This document shows, one piece after another, positions 39,433 through 53,757 of a stretch of 64,000 bases of DNA. Position 1 is the stretch's first letter, and each line of letters starts with the position of its first letter. This DNA comes from Eledone cirrhosa (Eukaryota), in contig OZ024740.1 of NCBI GenBank assembly GCA_964016885.1, positions 297,042,001 to 297,106,000 on the forward strand, written 5' to 3'. The translations under genes were made by a program, and so were the position numbers. A model generated the notes under the pieces. It did no database searches. It was not told the DNA's origin and saw nothing but the letters and a program-made list of their open reading frames with translations.

Positions 39433-42400
39433 ATATATTTCTATTTATTTGCCACCAGGGCATCAAAGATTGGAACAAATACAAAGGGGGGAGTTTACAT
39501 ACATTTAAAAAGACGTGTAAAAAACATATAACAAATTAAATTTAACAATCGATGTCCTCAATAGGGAGGGGCGTTGACATGGGTCGCACACACCCCCGAA
39601 AAAATGTGCAACCCTACTCTTCAGGAGCACAAAGAGCGGGTGCTTCCTTCCTCTCCTCATTCTTCTCCTCTCTCACCTACAGGCTGATATAGAGAGAAGG
39701 CCCATTCACTCGGGCCATTCTCGCTACTTTCACCCATCTTTCATAAAACTTGCTGGGGTAGAGCACCTCTCTCTCCATTCTGATCCTTCTTCTAAAGTGG
39801 TACTTGAAAAAAAAGACCAGTTGTTGGCCGGAGAGATAGGTGTCTGACCTCAGCCCTTTCAACCTTGTCCACCATACAACTTTTTTCGCCATGGCTATCA
39901 CACAGAGGAAAACCGCCTCTCCTTCGATTTTGAAAGGGGGAGGCGGTTTGATTGTGACAATGTTCTCGGTGGTCAACCGGATTGGTCCCACCCGCGACAG
40001 TAGTCGTTCTACATAGCCCCACAGGTCAGCAACGCCCGGGCAGTGTACGAATGCGTGTGCGACGGTTTCCTCGTCACGCACGCATCTTGGACAGATCTTC
40101 TTCGAGGGGTCCCTACCCGGGCGCCCGTGTCTGTAGAGCTTGTCCCGAACGGGTAGAGCTCCTCGGTAACATTGCCAAGCCAGGGACTTTTGGAAGTTGT
40201 CCATCGGTCCCGGGCCAAACGTCCTACCGAACAGACTGGCCAGCTCGTCTTCCTCCATGCCCAGAGCCTGTCCGAGAGCGTCGTCGCACTTACTGCACAC
40301 CAACCCTCTATAGAATGTTGAGGTTGAGTCTCCACTGATTGCCGGATCCGCTTGCCAGAGGGCCGTGAGCGCCTGGGCACATTCAATGTGCCAGTCGCCC
40401 ACTTTTCTCGGTCTTTGCTTGACCCAGGATTGCAGCTCGGTGAGTGAGACGAGTCTCGGAAAGGCTCGCCTTACAAACAGGGCCCACACCGACTGACTGG
40501 TGAGGAATACCTGGAGGTGCAGTAGCCTTAATGCGTGTCTACGCATCGTCAGCCACGGCATCCCCAGCCCTCCGTTCGAAGGGTGTTGATAGCAGATGGA
40601 TCTTCTCACCAAAGGAGCCCGCTTCTACCAAAGAAATCGGAAGAGCGCGCGCTCCATTTTGGCGAGTGTTTTCTCTGGGCAAGGCACGACGGTCAAGCGG
40701 TAGTAGATGACGGACGTTATATAAGCGTTCGCCACCTCCGCTCGACCTTTCAGGAATAGTTTGCACTCGGCCCACTTCTGGGCGAGTGCAACACCTTGCC
40801 CGTTACCTCGTCCCAGTTTTTCTCCACCTGGAGGTCCGGTCCGAACCAGACTCCGAGCAGCTTCACCGGTCCCTCCGTCCAGCGTCCGACGATGCCGTCG
40901 GGGGGCATCGTTTTGCCCTCCACGTCCCGAGTTGCAAACCGACGGACTTGTCCCGGTTCAGCTTGGCTCCTGTGAACCTTTCATATTCCTCCAGTAAGGT
41001 CCCGATCTGCCCGATTTTCGAGGCGCACAACACCATTACTGTCACGTCATCGGCGTAGGCCGACACCGCTTTCCGCAATCCCGGTTCCAAGGGGATGCCC
41101 TGCAACAGCTCCAGCTTCCGCAGTAGTGGCTCGAGAGCCAGCACATACAGGTGGTAGGAGAGAGGGCATCCATGTCGGATGGATCGCGTGATTTGGAAGG
41201 GCTCCGAGAGGTAGCCGTTCACCTTGACCCTCGAGCAGGTGTTGCTGCTGTGCATTGCAGCAATCCAGCCCCTGAAAACGGGTGCGAAGCCTGCCGCCGT
41301 GAGCACCGCATCCAGGTACCGATGGTCAACCCTATCGAACGCCTTAGATTGATCCAAGTTGATCAGGGCCCCACCAAAGCCGGGTTCGTTCCCTACCTTC
41401 TCTACGATGTATCGCATGAGGTGGAGGTTGTCGTGTATGGACCTCGACGGGATTGCGCATGTCTGCGCTTCTCCCACCAGGTTCCCGACGACAAGCGCCA
41501 ACCTCTTCGCTAACACCTTGGCCAAAATCTTTAACTCTGTGTTTAGCAGAGTTATGGGCCTGAAGTTATCTACGTAATCCCCCTTGTTCTCGTCCTTCCT
41601 CACCAGCGTGACTACGCCCTTGGTCCCAGAACTGGGAAATCTCCCGTTCTGTTGCCAGTTACAGTAGACCGCCTCGAGGAGACCGGAGAACAAGCCCGGC
41701 ATCGCTACATAAAGTTCGTATGGTAGACCATCGAGACCCGGAGATTTGCGTTTGCCGCATTGGCTCAGCGCTTCCCCTATTTCAGCGGCTGAAATCGGCC
41801 TCTCGCAGGACTTCTCCTCCCCGTCCAAGAGCCGCGCCAGACCGTCGAAGTATGGATCGAAATCCATGGCCCCACCCGGCCCGCCGCCCCTCCCGAACAG
41901 TCGTGCAAAGCGCCGTTGAAAGGCCGCGCTCATCCGCTCAGGTTCAAGGATCACGCGTCCATCCTGGTCCTTCAAAGACCGAATCGTGGACTTGTTTCCA
42001 CTTTTTGCCTCTGTCACTCGGGCCCAGCTAACAGCTTTGGCTCCCTCGTTACCCAGAGCACGTATTTTACTCCTGACAACGCAGCCCTCGTGCTTCGCAT
42101 CAAAGAACTGGTCTAGGGCCGTTCTTGACGCCAGCACGCCAGCCACGTTGCCACTCCTAATCGCCTCTTCTACTCTATTTATTAATTCCCTTTCAGTTTT
42201 ATTCCTATCTGATGCTAATTCCCGACTAAAACCTATCGATTCTATTCTAATTTCTCTCTTGAGAGAGCCCCACCACCTGCTGTTGACAATTGCCCCCGTC
42301 AAACGCTGCTTAACTAGTGTGCTAATACGCTTACTGTAAGCTTTGTTTGTCGGTAAAGACAAGTTTAGCTTCCAGTAACCGGGTCCCTGTCTATGAATTC

Positions 42401-43875
42401 TATCAAGGTTGACCACTCCGGTCACCAACTTGTGATCCGAATAGTCAACCACGAACATTCGTGGACAGCTTAATATGTCCCTATCCTTATTTCTAACTAG
42501 GAACCTATCTAGGTACGACCTAGATGTTCCGCTGCGATTAGTCCACGTCCACAGTGGCACAGTCGGAAAATCTAGTCGATATCTATCGGCCAGATCAAAT
42601 CGGCCGATTAATCGTTTGAGGCTGTTACACACCCTCTATCGGGACATGCCGCTACATAGTCCCAACGTGCATCCAGGATACCATTCCAGTCCCCCACTAA
42701 AAGTAAGGAGCGAGACGTTCCCAGGAAATTCTCCAGGCGTCGGAAGAAGTCCGGTCGCGGTGTCCCAGATAGGGCATACGCTGCCACCAGCCTGTAAGCT
42801 CCACCTTCACCACTGCCGAGGTTTAAAACCACCAGTCGACCCTTCGGATCCAGGTGTACCTTCTGTGTGGCAAGACCCAGGTATTTTCGCAGCAGAACGA
42901 CAACCCCACCCCCACCCCTCGGCTGACAGAGAGATGCGTAGATCTCAAAGTCGTCGAAGATGAGGGCCAGTTGGCGCTCGCTGCTGATCCTGGACTCGCA
43001 AATAACCATTACATCCACTCTGTGCGACCTGAGGTCATTTAAGAGTTTGCCCTGTTTCCAGGACATCCCCAGGCCGCGTGCATCCACACATCCAACTCTT
43101 ATATTGGCCATGTTGGTGCTGAAGAGTTAAAAGGAAGAGGAAAGGAAATTACTTACCTCTTCGTTTCCTGGGGACCAGGCTGCACAATTTCCATGGGGGT
43201 GTTGGAAGGGTTGTTTGGTGGGGTGGTGGTTTGTGGTGGGGTGAGGACATCAGTGTGTGGTGGGATTGGGGTGTTTGGTGGGGTGTGGGTGTCTGGTGTG
43301 GGGGTGGAATACATCGCAATAGGACGTTGTTGAGTGGTTTGGTGCAGCTGGTCCCCACATGCATTGGATGGTTCTTTTTCAAAGTTACATAGGTTTCCGT
43401 TGGGACCCTAATCATTATTAGGTGCGGTTTGTTTGCTGCGTAGGTGAAAGTGATCCCTTCGGTTTCCACCGAAGGGTTATTGCCTATTGCTTTCATCAAA
43501 GTTTTATTGTTCTTGTTAATGTATGTATAGAGTTTTTGTTGTGTTGTGTTTGTTTTTGTTTGTTGTTCTTGTGCGAGTTTGCGTTTTGTAGTATGTGTTA
43601 TGTTTTGGGGAGGGATGGTTTTTTTTGTTTGTGATGTTTGTTCTGTTTGTGCTGGTGGTTGTGTTTGTAGCATTTTTGTTAATGTGGTGCCTTTTTTTTC
43701 CCTTTTCACCTGTTGAAAGGGTTCTCCCTCGTCGTCACTGGGTGACGTTGATACGGAGTCCTCTTCCGTGTTGTTGGGGAGGGGTATATTTTGGGGTTTT
43801 GTTGTGGTTGCTTTTGTATTTGTTTTAGGTGGGGAGGGGTTGGGTGGAACAGTGTTTTATGTTGTTATTTTTCCG

Positions 43876-43944
<69 letters not shown>

Positions 43945-45185
43945 GGTGGTGGTGGTGGTGGTTGTGTTGTTGTGTTCGGGGTTGGCAGAAGAGCCTTTTT
44001 TGCTCGTTAATTGAGGACAGGCAGCCATCAGGTGACCCCTGCTTAAGCAGTGGTAACATGACGGCCGCCTTCCCTCCACTGAAATGTTTATATAAGTTAG
44101 CCCGTCTAGAGGCACGCGTTGTGGGATATTCGCTATTCGTTCTGGGCTCATTTGCACCAGAAATTCTACGCTGGTCCCACCAAATACACCTCCGGAGGAC
44201 TTTCCTATTGAAATTATCCTGTCTTCATCAAAGTCAATGAATCCACATAGTATCCACCAAATATTTACATTTGGTGTGATACTCATAATTTTTATTCTTT
44301 GTGTCCTTTTTCCCCTGTAGGTGGGGGAAAAAGGTGAAGCGGGGGGACACAATGGGTGATATCGAGTATTTTTGTGCTGTTGACTGGTTATTCATTAGCA
44401 CCGAAATGCTACCAAACAGTTTTCCTTTTTGTATGAAGGTTATGTCCTTCATTGCATCTTTTAGAACCAGCTCAATTTCATTTTGTGATAATTGAGCTGG
44501 TTTTCTTGTTTCGTTCGATATTGTCCTGAAAACTGTGGTTTTCAGGACAGCCTCTCTACGTAATTCCTGTGGAGAATTGATGCTAAAAGCACCGTTTTCG
44601 CCAAAAGTCACGAATTGTTTTGCGTCTTGTAGTAGTTGTTTAGCATTTGTTATGTCAATTGGCGTGTATAGTTCGTTTTTTTTTTCAGTCTGTGCGAACG
44701 TTGTTTTGGTGTTGTTGTCTTTTTTGTTGCTGTTGTTGTTGTCACTGTTGGTAATATTGTTCATGTTTTCCTTGGTGTTGCTATTGTTGCAGTTGTTGGT
44801 TGTGGTGTTACTGTCATTGTTCTTGTTGTTGGTGCTGGTATTATTTACCGGGTTTGGTTTCGTGGTTTCAATATTTTCAACATTTTTCGATAATGCGAGG
44901 GGGGAAGGCTGTAAGCTTTGTATTCCTACCTTCCCTCCACCACTTTTCTTAGTGAACGTGGCACTCACGACAGTGTGCGAGGTTGAAATGGCATCCATTG
45001 CTGACTACCAAGTCTACACAGTTTTGAGATGAAAATTTCGCCCCAAAAAGGGGCGAAAATTAGTTGACTCAACGTCTGAAGGCTCAGACAAGGGGTTAAA
45101 CTAAACAATACTAACAAATTGAACAATGAACTCACAGTTTTTTTTAACAATAATCCGTAAAAATCCGGAGCGAAGTAATGCACGT
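39433..45185 (-). mobile_element. Near-full-length Tx1/L1-type LINE with ORF1 (44998-43149) and ORF2 (43111-39677), several frameshifts
   Basis: ORF1 CCHC knuckle CYHCLSRGHLMAAC. ORF2 APE (GDWN, YLDRF, SDHK), RT (LDQSKAFDRVDH, AYADD), C-terminal CPRC..ET..HAF..CP. aataaa on the minus strand near 39445. Confidence 0.92.
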
Positions 45186-45189
45186 CTAT

Positions 45190-46310
45190 CGAATGGAAGA
45201 GAGTGCCGTGTAGTAGATATAGAGAGGAAGATTGGAAGTGAGTTCCATATATAAGTTTGAGGTTAATTGATATAGAGTGGGGTATTGGGAGAGAGTGTTG
45301 TATTGTAGAGGCAGAGTTTGGTAGTGATGGATAGAGCGAGAGGGAATGAGAGAGAGTGTTGTATGGTACATATAGAGAGGGGGATAGTTTGGTGGTAAAT
45401 GATATAGAGAGGGGGTTCGGGAGAGTGTGTTGTATATTAGATATAGAGAGGAGGAGAGATTGATGTTTATTCATATAATGATGGGTATTGGAAGAGAGTT
45501 TCGTTTAGTATATCTAGGAAGGGGAGAGAGTTAAGTGCTAATTGATATAGAGAGGGTGGGTGGAAGAGAGTACCGTGTAGTAGATATAGAGAGGGAGAGA
45601 GTTTGTGTTAATTGATATAGAGAGGGGGATTTGGAAAGTATGTTGTATGGTTGATGTAGAAAGGGGGAGAGTGGTAATGAATAGAGTGAGAGGATTGATA
45701 GTGATAGATATTGATAGATATAGAGGAGGAGAGTTTGGTAGTGGTGGATAGAGTGAGTGGGAATGAGAGAGAGTGTTGTATGGTAGATATAGAGAGGGGG
45801 CTGGGAGAGAGTTGCGTGTAGTAGATATAGAGAGGGGGGAGAGTTTAGTGTTAATTGATATAGAGAGGGGGTTTGGAAGAGATTTCCGTGTAGTAGATAT
45901 AGAGAGGAGGGGAGTTCGATGTTCATTGATATAGAAAAGAGTATTGGAAGAGCCTTCTGTCTTGTAGATATAGAGAGGGGGAGTAGTTTTGTAGTAATGG
46001 ATAGAGTGAGAAAGAATGAGAGAGAGAGTGTGTGTGTGTGTTGTATGGTAGATGTAGAGAGGGGGGGGGGTTAGTTTTGTAATAATGGATAGAGTGAGAG
46101 AGAATGAGAGAGAGAGAGAGAGTGTGTGTGTGTTGTATGGTAGATATAGAGAAGGGGAGAGTTTGGTGGTAATTGATATACAGAGGGGGATTGGAGAGTA
46201 TGTTGTATATTAGATATAGAGAGTGAGAGAGAGTATTAGTCTTAGATATAGAGAGGGGGATTTAAAGAGAGTTTTGTGTTATAGGCATAGAGAGGAGGAG
46301 AGTTTGGTGG
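45190..46310. repeat. Degenerate GA-rich minisatellite (gatatagagaggggga...), continued at ~39300-39432
   Basis: Recurring gatatagagag / gagagtttggt..aattgatatagag units on both sides of the Tx1 element. Confidence 0.85.
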
Positions 46311-47099
46311 AACTCTCGGGTCCCAAATAATAGGAGGGTTGGCAATAATGGGTGAAGCTTGGGAAATCAGTAATTGTATAGTGTACGTTCCTAAATATGG
46401 GATTTCTCGTAATGTTTTTCTTTTGTCATATATAATGTTTTTTTAATGTAAAATATAATTATTAGATTCTCCAGCTGCTGTATCAATATGAATCACGAAC
46501 AATAAAATGTTGCCGGAGATAGATTAGCAAAATTTAATAATTCGGTGGGGGATGGGGTGGAATTAAAACCCGGTGGGTGGAAAAATCTGACAAATTAATA
46601 AACGGGGGTGGCGACGATTATTAAAGACCTGAGAGTACGTGAATTATTAACAATGAAAACGTAATAGTTTAAATATTTATTTATCATGACTAAGTCTTGT
46701 TACTCTGGAGCCTCACCTGCGTACTCACCAGAGAAGACTGGTGATCCTGTGATTACAACTGAAACTTTAGAGTAACAAAGCTCACCAATGGCTGTAATAA
46801 ATGAATAAATTTGGTATAATACCAGTTTCTTACCAAATGCGAAGAAACTCGATATATTGACCCCTTAGAAAAGGACACAGAGCATAATTTTTCTAAAATT
46901 ATATATATACAGTGGTGGTGGAACTGGGGGTGGGGAGCAATTCCCTCGCCAATGATTATATTTTCTCCCCAAACTACCAAAACACACATCTATTTAGATA
47001 TGCGTTACAATTTATATGTGCACTGGCCCTCCCACTATAAATCTTTCCCGCACAGGTTTCTTCTTTAGCGTGCACTCCCAAAGCCCTGCGGCGATGGGC

Positions 47100-47230
47100 G
47101 AGAGGCGGAGGTAACAGACATGGCTGAGACAACCAGTGTCGAAGCTATGATACTGAAGAGCCGACTTCGATGGGTGGGACATGTCATCCGGATGGACGAT
47201 CACAGGCTTCCGAAGCAACTGATGTCTCCG
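47100..47230 (+). mobile_element. RTE/BovB-like LINE fragment
   Basis: SVEAMILKSRLRWVGHVIRMDDHRLPKQL is the conserved post-RT RTE motif. Confidence 0.75.
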
Positions 47231-48178
47231 GATCTGCAAGTCAAGGACCGGCCTTCACAGCCAATTTCGCGCCCACGGCAGACGGGAACAACAATGAAGA
47301 AGATGTCATCATCGTTTACGATGGAAAACCAAGAAGGAGAAGACAATTTATATACATGTCATGTTTATCGCATATCGAAGTTTTCTGACCATTTTAGAGT
47401 ACAAATAGTTAAACTAATCACTAACTAAATTGTCCAAATTTGACACCCCCAATTCTGACATGCTTCCACAGCCCCTGAAATATGTAAAACAATTAGCATC
47501 ATCACTTTCCTCCTCCTCCTCCTCCTCCTCCTCCTCCTCAACTTCATCGTCATCGTTGTCTGTACATGAAATAAATTATACAACAAAAAACAAACAAACA
47601 ATAAAAAAAACAACAACAAAAATCGCAACTGACTCTTAGTTTTCATACTCAAGATACTTTATTTTTCCTACACCCATAATGTACCTCTATGTTATCAATA
47701 TATCGATACATGCACACACACACACACATATATATATATATAAACAACCAAAGCTGTTAATTGTACGTTTAATTGATCGACATATGTTTCGCCAGTCTAA
47801 ATGAAGATATTCTCATTAAACCGGCTGATCGGGATCTTTAAATATTTAAATTAACATTAAGGAAATATATATATGTCTGTACATACATAGTCATCCTTTT
47901 GCTCTTCAGTAACTATATCGAAAATAATAGCCATATTTGTATCGTACAACAAAAGAGATTCTACAGAAATAGACTAGTAGTAGTTTTAATGTATTCTTCT
48001 TTCTGCTTCGTGTTCTGTTCTTACTTTTTTTCCCTTTTGTAGTTCTTGAGAATTATAAAAAAATTTATGTACGATACAACAGCCGAGTTTCCAGAAAAAC
48101 TTATGCTCAAAGGCGCCACCTATTAGTATGTTAGCAAACAATTCACAATCTTTCATCACTCTACATGTGTGTGTGTGA

Positions 48179-48223
<45 letters not shown>

Positions 48224-48543
48224 TGTGTGTGTGTGTGTGTGTACGTGTATATATGTATATGTGTGTGTAAGTGTGCGTATGTATGTGTATATATATGTAT
48301 ATGTTTGTATATCATGCATACATATATTTTCATGTATATAGTCTCGAGGGTAGGGGGAATGTGGTTAATATTTGCATTAGTAGCGACAGGTTATTGTATA
48401 AATATTTGAGCGTATTAGTCGAGGAGCAATGTAGTGGAGTTGTCTACTCCGGAATATGCAGTACAGAGCAGGATCTTATATATTTTTGTCCTTCGAGTTT
48501 ACGGGTTGTTTCAGGACTTGTTTGGTGTGATTCATGTTGAAAT

Positions 48544-48708
48544 CTAGAAGTCGGAAAAGTTGCGTCTCTTGAAGTAAGTAGAGATTTTTGTATGGGATGC
48601 AACACGATCTCTAAGTGCCCTCAGTTTTGGGTAGTTGGTCAACAGAGATTGGTTCTCATGCAGCGGGCTTTCAAGGGCTGCATAGCACATCATGTCACAC
48701 ATGGTCAT
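48544..48708 (-). CDS. S-crystallin gene A, last coding exon ([54 protein letters not shown])
   Basis: tcttctatttag acceptor, 165 nt ending in TAG. GST C-terminal motifs T.CDMMCY, YPKL and KRR..DF. Not present in the supplied ORF track. Confidence 0.95.
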   Translation of the reverse strand: MTMCDMMCYAALESPLHENQSLLTNYPKLRALRDRVASHTKISTYFKRRNFSDF

Positions 48709-51298
48709 CTAAATAGAAGAGAGAAAGAGAAATGTAAAATTATCTGCATTTGTGTGTGTTTGTCAACTCTCCCCGCCCGATGGGGAGATCTCCCCGCTTT
48801 GGCTAATTTCTCCACGTCTCTCCGTTTTTGTGAAAATAGGTCTAGCTTTCACTATGTAAAACCTCCCCATTTTCCCCCACTTCTCCCCGTTTTGGGGCAC
48901 CCCGTTGGGGTCTTTAGAGGTTCGCAGGTCTGTATATGTAAATGCATAAGTGTGTGCCGCATGTGTTTGTATTATGTATATTGTGTGTATGTTTGTTTCG
49001 TCCCAGAATACAATGTGGATGAAAAAAGCGATTCAAGGCCGCTCTTCAATAAACTCTGAAACACTAGAAAATTCCATTGTCCCGCTGGGAAGCTGCAAGA
49101 AAAGACCAACAAGACTAGCGCTCTCTTAACCACCAGCATCTCCTGAGCTGTTTAAGGTTCGCTCTGACTTGGTCACCGTGAGCAGAGACTGGCGCATAGC
49201 TCGGCAGCAGCAGCGACAATGCAGCAAGTGTACAATATATGTATGTATTATGGACCCGTAACTCCCGAGGGAGTCGTAGGGACGCCATATTGACATACAG
49301 CATTTCTAAGGCATTTTAAAACCCGGTGGAGCCCATCTCCTCTCCAAGTCTGAAAACAACAGATTTCTCCCAGAGAAAGATAGGGTGAGAGAAAAGAAGT
49401 GAGACAGAGATATAGAAGAAAGATCGACCCCAATTCTAGACTGGTATATTTTATAGACCTTAAATGGATAAAAGGCGAAGTTGACTTCGATGGGATTTGA
49501 ACTCAGAGAGTAGAGAGTCGGAACCAATACCACAAAGCATTCTATCCGATGTTCCAATGACTCTGCTAATTGGCCTTCGACATATACAGTCAAGTGAATT
49601 TGACTTTTCACTCGCGTACATGTTCAATGATGGCTGCTCTGAAGAGGGACTTCATCGTCGACTTCGACGAAATACAAAGTTTCATATAGAGAAGAAAAGT
49701 TGCTATATTGCACCAGAAATGCACCTGCAATGATGTAATCGAATAGAGTGTCTTGTACGTAAAAAAAAATGATTTTTATTAAATCAGAAACACTATTGAT
49801 TACTGAATGAGGCGAAAGTCCACATATTTTGCCGATACAGATATTGCCTGCTTTTTGTTCTTTTGTTATTTTTTCATTTTATTTTTTAACTAACCCAACA
49901 AGATGTACAGCAAAATCAACCTCAGTAAGTTGAACGGACGTAACTAAATACAGCAAATCGCTTTGTTAGATGCTCTACCGATTATATCAATACACCAACA
50001 GAATAAAAAATTATAAAAAGACAACAACCAGGGAACAAACAGCTGTTCGATGGTCTACACAGGCATGGGCAAACATTTTCGAAAAGCGGGCCGCATGAGT
50101 TATGGCTCATCATCAGGCGAGCCGCAAGCGCTAATTTACATTCGTGCCCACATTAAGAAAAGGGCGGTAACTCAGGTTGTTTTGATTTGTTTCTCCAGAA
50201 TTCGTACACGTTGTTTTCCTCGATGGTAAAAATGCTAGAAAAGTATATTAAGACTGAAAAGTTTGGGTAAAAAAATCAGAAAGATTTCACTTAGGTGACC
50301 TATTCTGAAAGCTTCGTGGGCCGCAGGTAACCCATGACTGGTCTAACATCTCTGTCAATCAACTACCCTAGGCAATAATAATTGTTTCTACTTTTGGCAC
50401 AAGGCCAACAATTATCCCAGTTCATTTAAAATAAAGTACCAGTAATACACTAGGAAATTGCTGGCCTTGTGCCAAAAGTAGAAACAATTATTTAATCGAA
50501 TCCCGCCGAGGTTAACTTTGCCTTTCATCCTTACAGGGTCGATAAAATAAAGTACCAGTAATGCACTGGGTAATTGCTGGCCTTGTGCCAAACGTAGAAA
50601 CAATTATTTTATCGATCCCGTAAGCATGAAAGGCAAAGTTAACCTAGGTGGATTTAGATCATAAAGGGCTATAACACTATGCTGCAAAGCATGGCGTCCG
50701 ACCTTCTGCCGATACTGCCAATCCGCGATGATGGCGATGAAAATGATAATAATGGTTTCGGATTTAGGCACATGACCAGCAATTTTGTGTGGGGAGGAGA
50801 CAAATCAATTAAATTGACCCCAGTGAGTTACAGGAACTTCATTTTATCTTCGGTGGGATTTGAACTTAGAACCAAAGGAACCGTAACTAAAGCATGTTGT
50901 TCGACGCTCTACTGATACTGCCAATCTACCGCTCCAATGATGATGATGATAATAATTGTTTCTACTTTTGGTACAAGGCCAGCAATTATCCAGTGTATTA
51001 CTGGTACTTTATTTTATCGACCCCATAAGGATGAAAGCAAAGTTAACCTCGGCGGGATTTGAACTCAGAATAGCAAGGGCCGTAACTCTATGCGTCAAAG
51101 CATGGCGTCCGACCCTCTACCGATACTGCCAATCCACCGCCCTATGATGATGATAATAATAATGGTGCGTGACTGGTAATTTATTTTATCGACCCCGTAA
51201 GGATGAAAGGCAAAGTTAACCTCGGCGGGATTTGAGCTCAGATCATAAAGGGCCGTAACTCTATGGTTGATGATAATAATAATAATTATGATATATAC

Positions 51299-51406
51299 CT
51301 GGTCACCCATGAAGTATTGATTTCCACTGTGGTGCATTTCCAAAGTTCTCTCCATAAAGGGAAGCACTCTACGGCAGGTTTCCATATACCTTCTTCGCCT
51401 TTCATA
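51299..51406 (-). CDS. S-crystallin gene A, exon 6 ([36 protein letters not shown])
   Basis: ttctctgacag acceptor, CAG|gtata donor, 108 nt, phase 0-0. [13 protein letters not shown] and YFMGDQ are conserved S-crystallin motifs. Confidence 0.95.
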
Positions 51407-51534
51407 CTGTCAGAGAAAAAACACAAAGGAAATATGTATTAGATGACATACATTGAAATATATTGTTGAGGACATATAAACCTATAGTGTGTATATATAT
51501 ATATGATATATATATGCATGCATATATATATATG

Positions 51535-51714
<180 letters not shown>

Positions 51715-51719
51715 AATAC

Positions 51720-51821
<102 letters not shown>

Positions 51822-51856
51822 AACAAATTAAAAGATGGTTAAAAATGTTCCATATA

Positions 51857-51922
51857 TTTTATTATGCGCATTTCGAAAACAACATCATCCTGGGACAAAA
51901 ATTGTGTTCTCATCAGATAAAA
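51857..51922 (-). ncRNA. Hammerhead ribozyme (family H6), sense to the crystallin gene A intron after the long-loop exon
   Basis: ttttat-CTGATGA-gaacac...gttttc-GAAA-tgcgca-TA-ataaaa. Confidence 0.75.
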
Positions 51923-52197
51923 TAAGGTAACATGATATGAGGCCTAAAACACTTGTGAACAAGAAAGTATCCAGTCAACATATGACAAAAATATAAGTGA
52001 AGAAAAAAAATAGGAAAAATGAAGAACAGGAAAGAAGGAAAGAGGAAAAAGGAAATAGAAGAGAGGAAAAAAGAAAGAAAGAAGGAGAGAGAGAAATTTT
52101 AATTTTTTCTTTATATATACTCCAGTTCTACCAACTGTCGAGTGCTACTTATCTGATATATGCATAGTTTTATTGTTCTACAATATTACTCACCTCC

Positions 52198-52261
<64 letters not shown>

Positions 52262-53187
52262 TATATATAACGAAGGAAATGTGGTAAGGAAACCAGATGG
52301 ACCATACCGCACCAGAGTACTCAATACTTAGGGTAGTAAAGTGGGTAATAGGAACTTTTTCCTATATATATATACTATAAATTATCTCATATGATAAGAT
52401 ATATACACAATTTCCTCTCCCAATTAGCATAATCAACCACACAAAAAACCAATTAAACCAGGCTATAAGATTAAAAGGCACCTATGAAGAAATAATAGAT
52501 AAATAAACGACAGCCATCTATTCGCTATCAACAGCTATAGAATATTTACCCACCATTTCAATAGCACCTAGAAATCGATTAAATATACCGTCAACCATAC
52601 ACAATTAGGTATAAAATTAAAGTTAGAAGAAAGAATGCATATACACATACCAGGATTACGTTTCTACCCTTAGGGTTTCGTTCACTTTCGGAAATATCCT
52701 ATCAAGGATAAATTCTCGAGTTTCAAACTCACTAGGAAACAAACTCACTTGGACAAAGAATTTTCTTAAATGATCCCCGCCAGAAACGAATTGAAAATGG
52801 CTAAGAACTGTGACGTGGCAGTGGTCAAGTAAGAAGGAATGTGATTGGTGCCTTACGGCTAGTAGGCTGGTTGCTAGAAAGCGCAGCGTAATATTGTCTA
52901 AATTGCATCTCAACCTTATGAGAGATTATCAAATATAAAGATTTACATATACACAAACTAGACAAAGTCATAGATATATTTTTGGCAACCATTCACGATG
53001 TGGATCAATGATGAATTAATAAATATATATGAATTAATAAAAATATATATATACATATGTTAACTATTTCCGTAGAAAAGGTAAAGGAAAGAAGAGTGCT
53101 CTATGTATAGAACAGAGCTATTTAATTACATAATAAACAATACAATGAAATTATGGAATAATTATATTGTGTTGTTTATTATGTAAT

Positions 53188-53268
<81 letters not shown>

Positions 53269-53388
53269 ATGTGTGTATGTGTGTGTATGTGCATGTGTGC
53301 GTGGATGTGTTTGAGTGTGTATGTGCATGTACACTTTCCACAAGAACATCGCATGAGGTTTGGATAAATATATATCTATCTATCTATA

Positions 53389-53421
<33 letters not shown>

Positions 53422-53544
53422 CTACATAATATGTCGGTGTATACACAGATCTATAGGGAGAAGTGTGTCGAGAATGTCATGCATCGATAAAAATAGATAG
53501 TTACATAGATTGATTGATAGATAGACAGAGAAAGAAAGAGAGAC

Positions 53545-53630
<86 letters not shown>

Positions 53631-53757
53631 AGATAGGCTAACAGAGAGACTTATTGATGACTTAATTTGTCAATATGACAAAATATCCTCTTCGACACGC
53701 CAAGAGCATTAATAAAAGCTATGTAAAGAAACATAAAAGAAAACCTTTTTCTCTTAC

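Noticed and set aside
41151-42963. Plus-strand ORFs over the GC-rich LINE
   Set aside because: Antisense shadow frames of the Tx1 ORF2 with no recognisable motifs.
43768-44240. Poly-C/L/V/N ORFs
   Set aside because: Alternative frames of an (ACA)n tract inside the Tx1 ORF1.
47400-47480. Possible extra crystallin exon after a tttcag acceptor on the minus strand
   Set aside because: It lies downstream of the gene A stop codon, has no GST similarity and matches a dispersed repeat also present at ~1400-1560.
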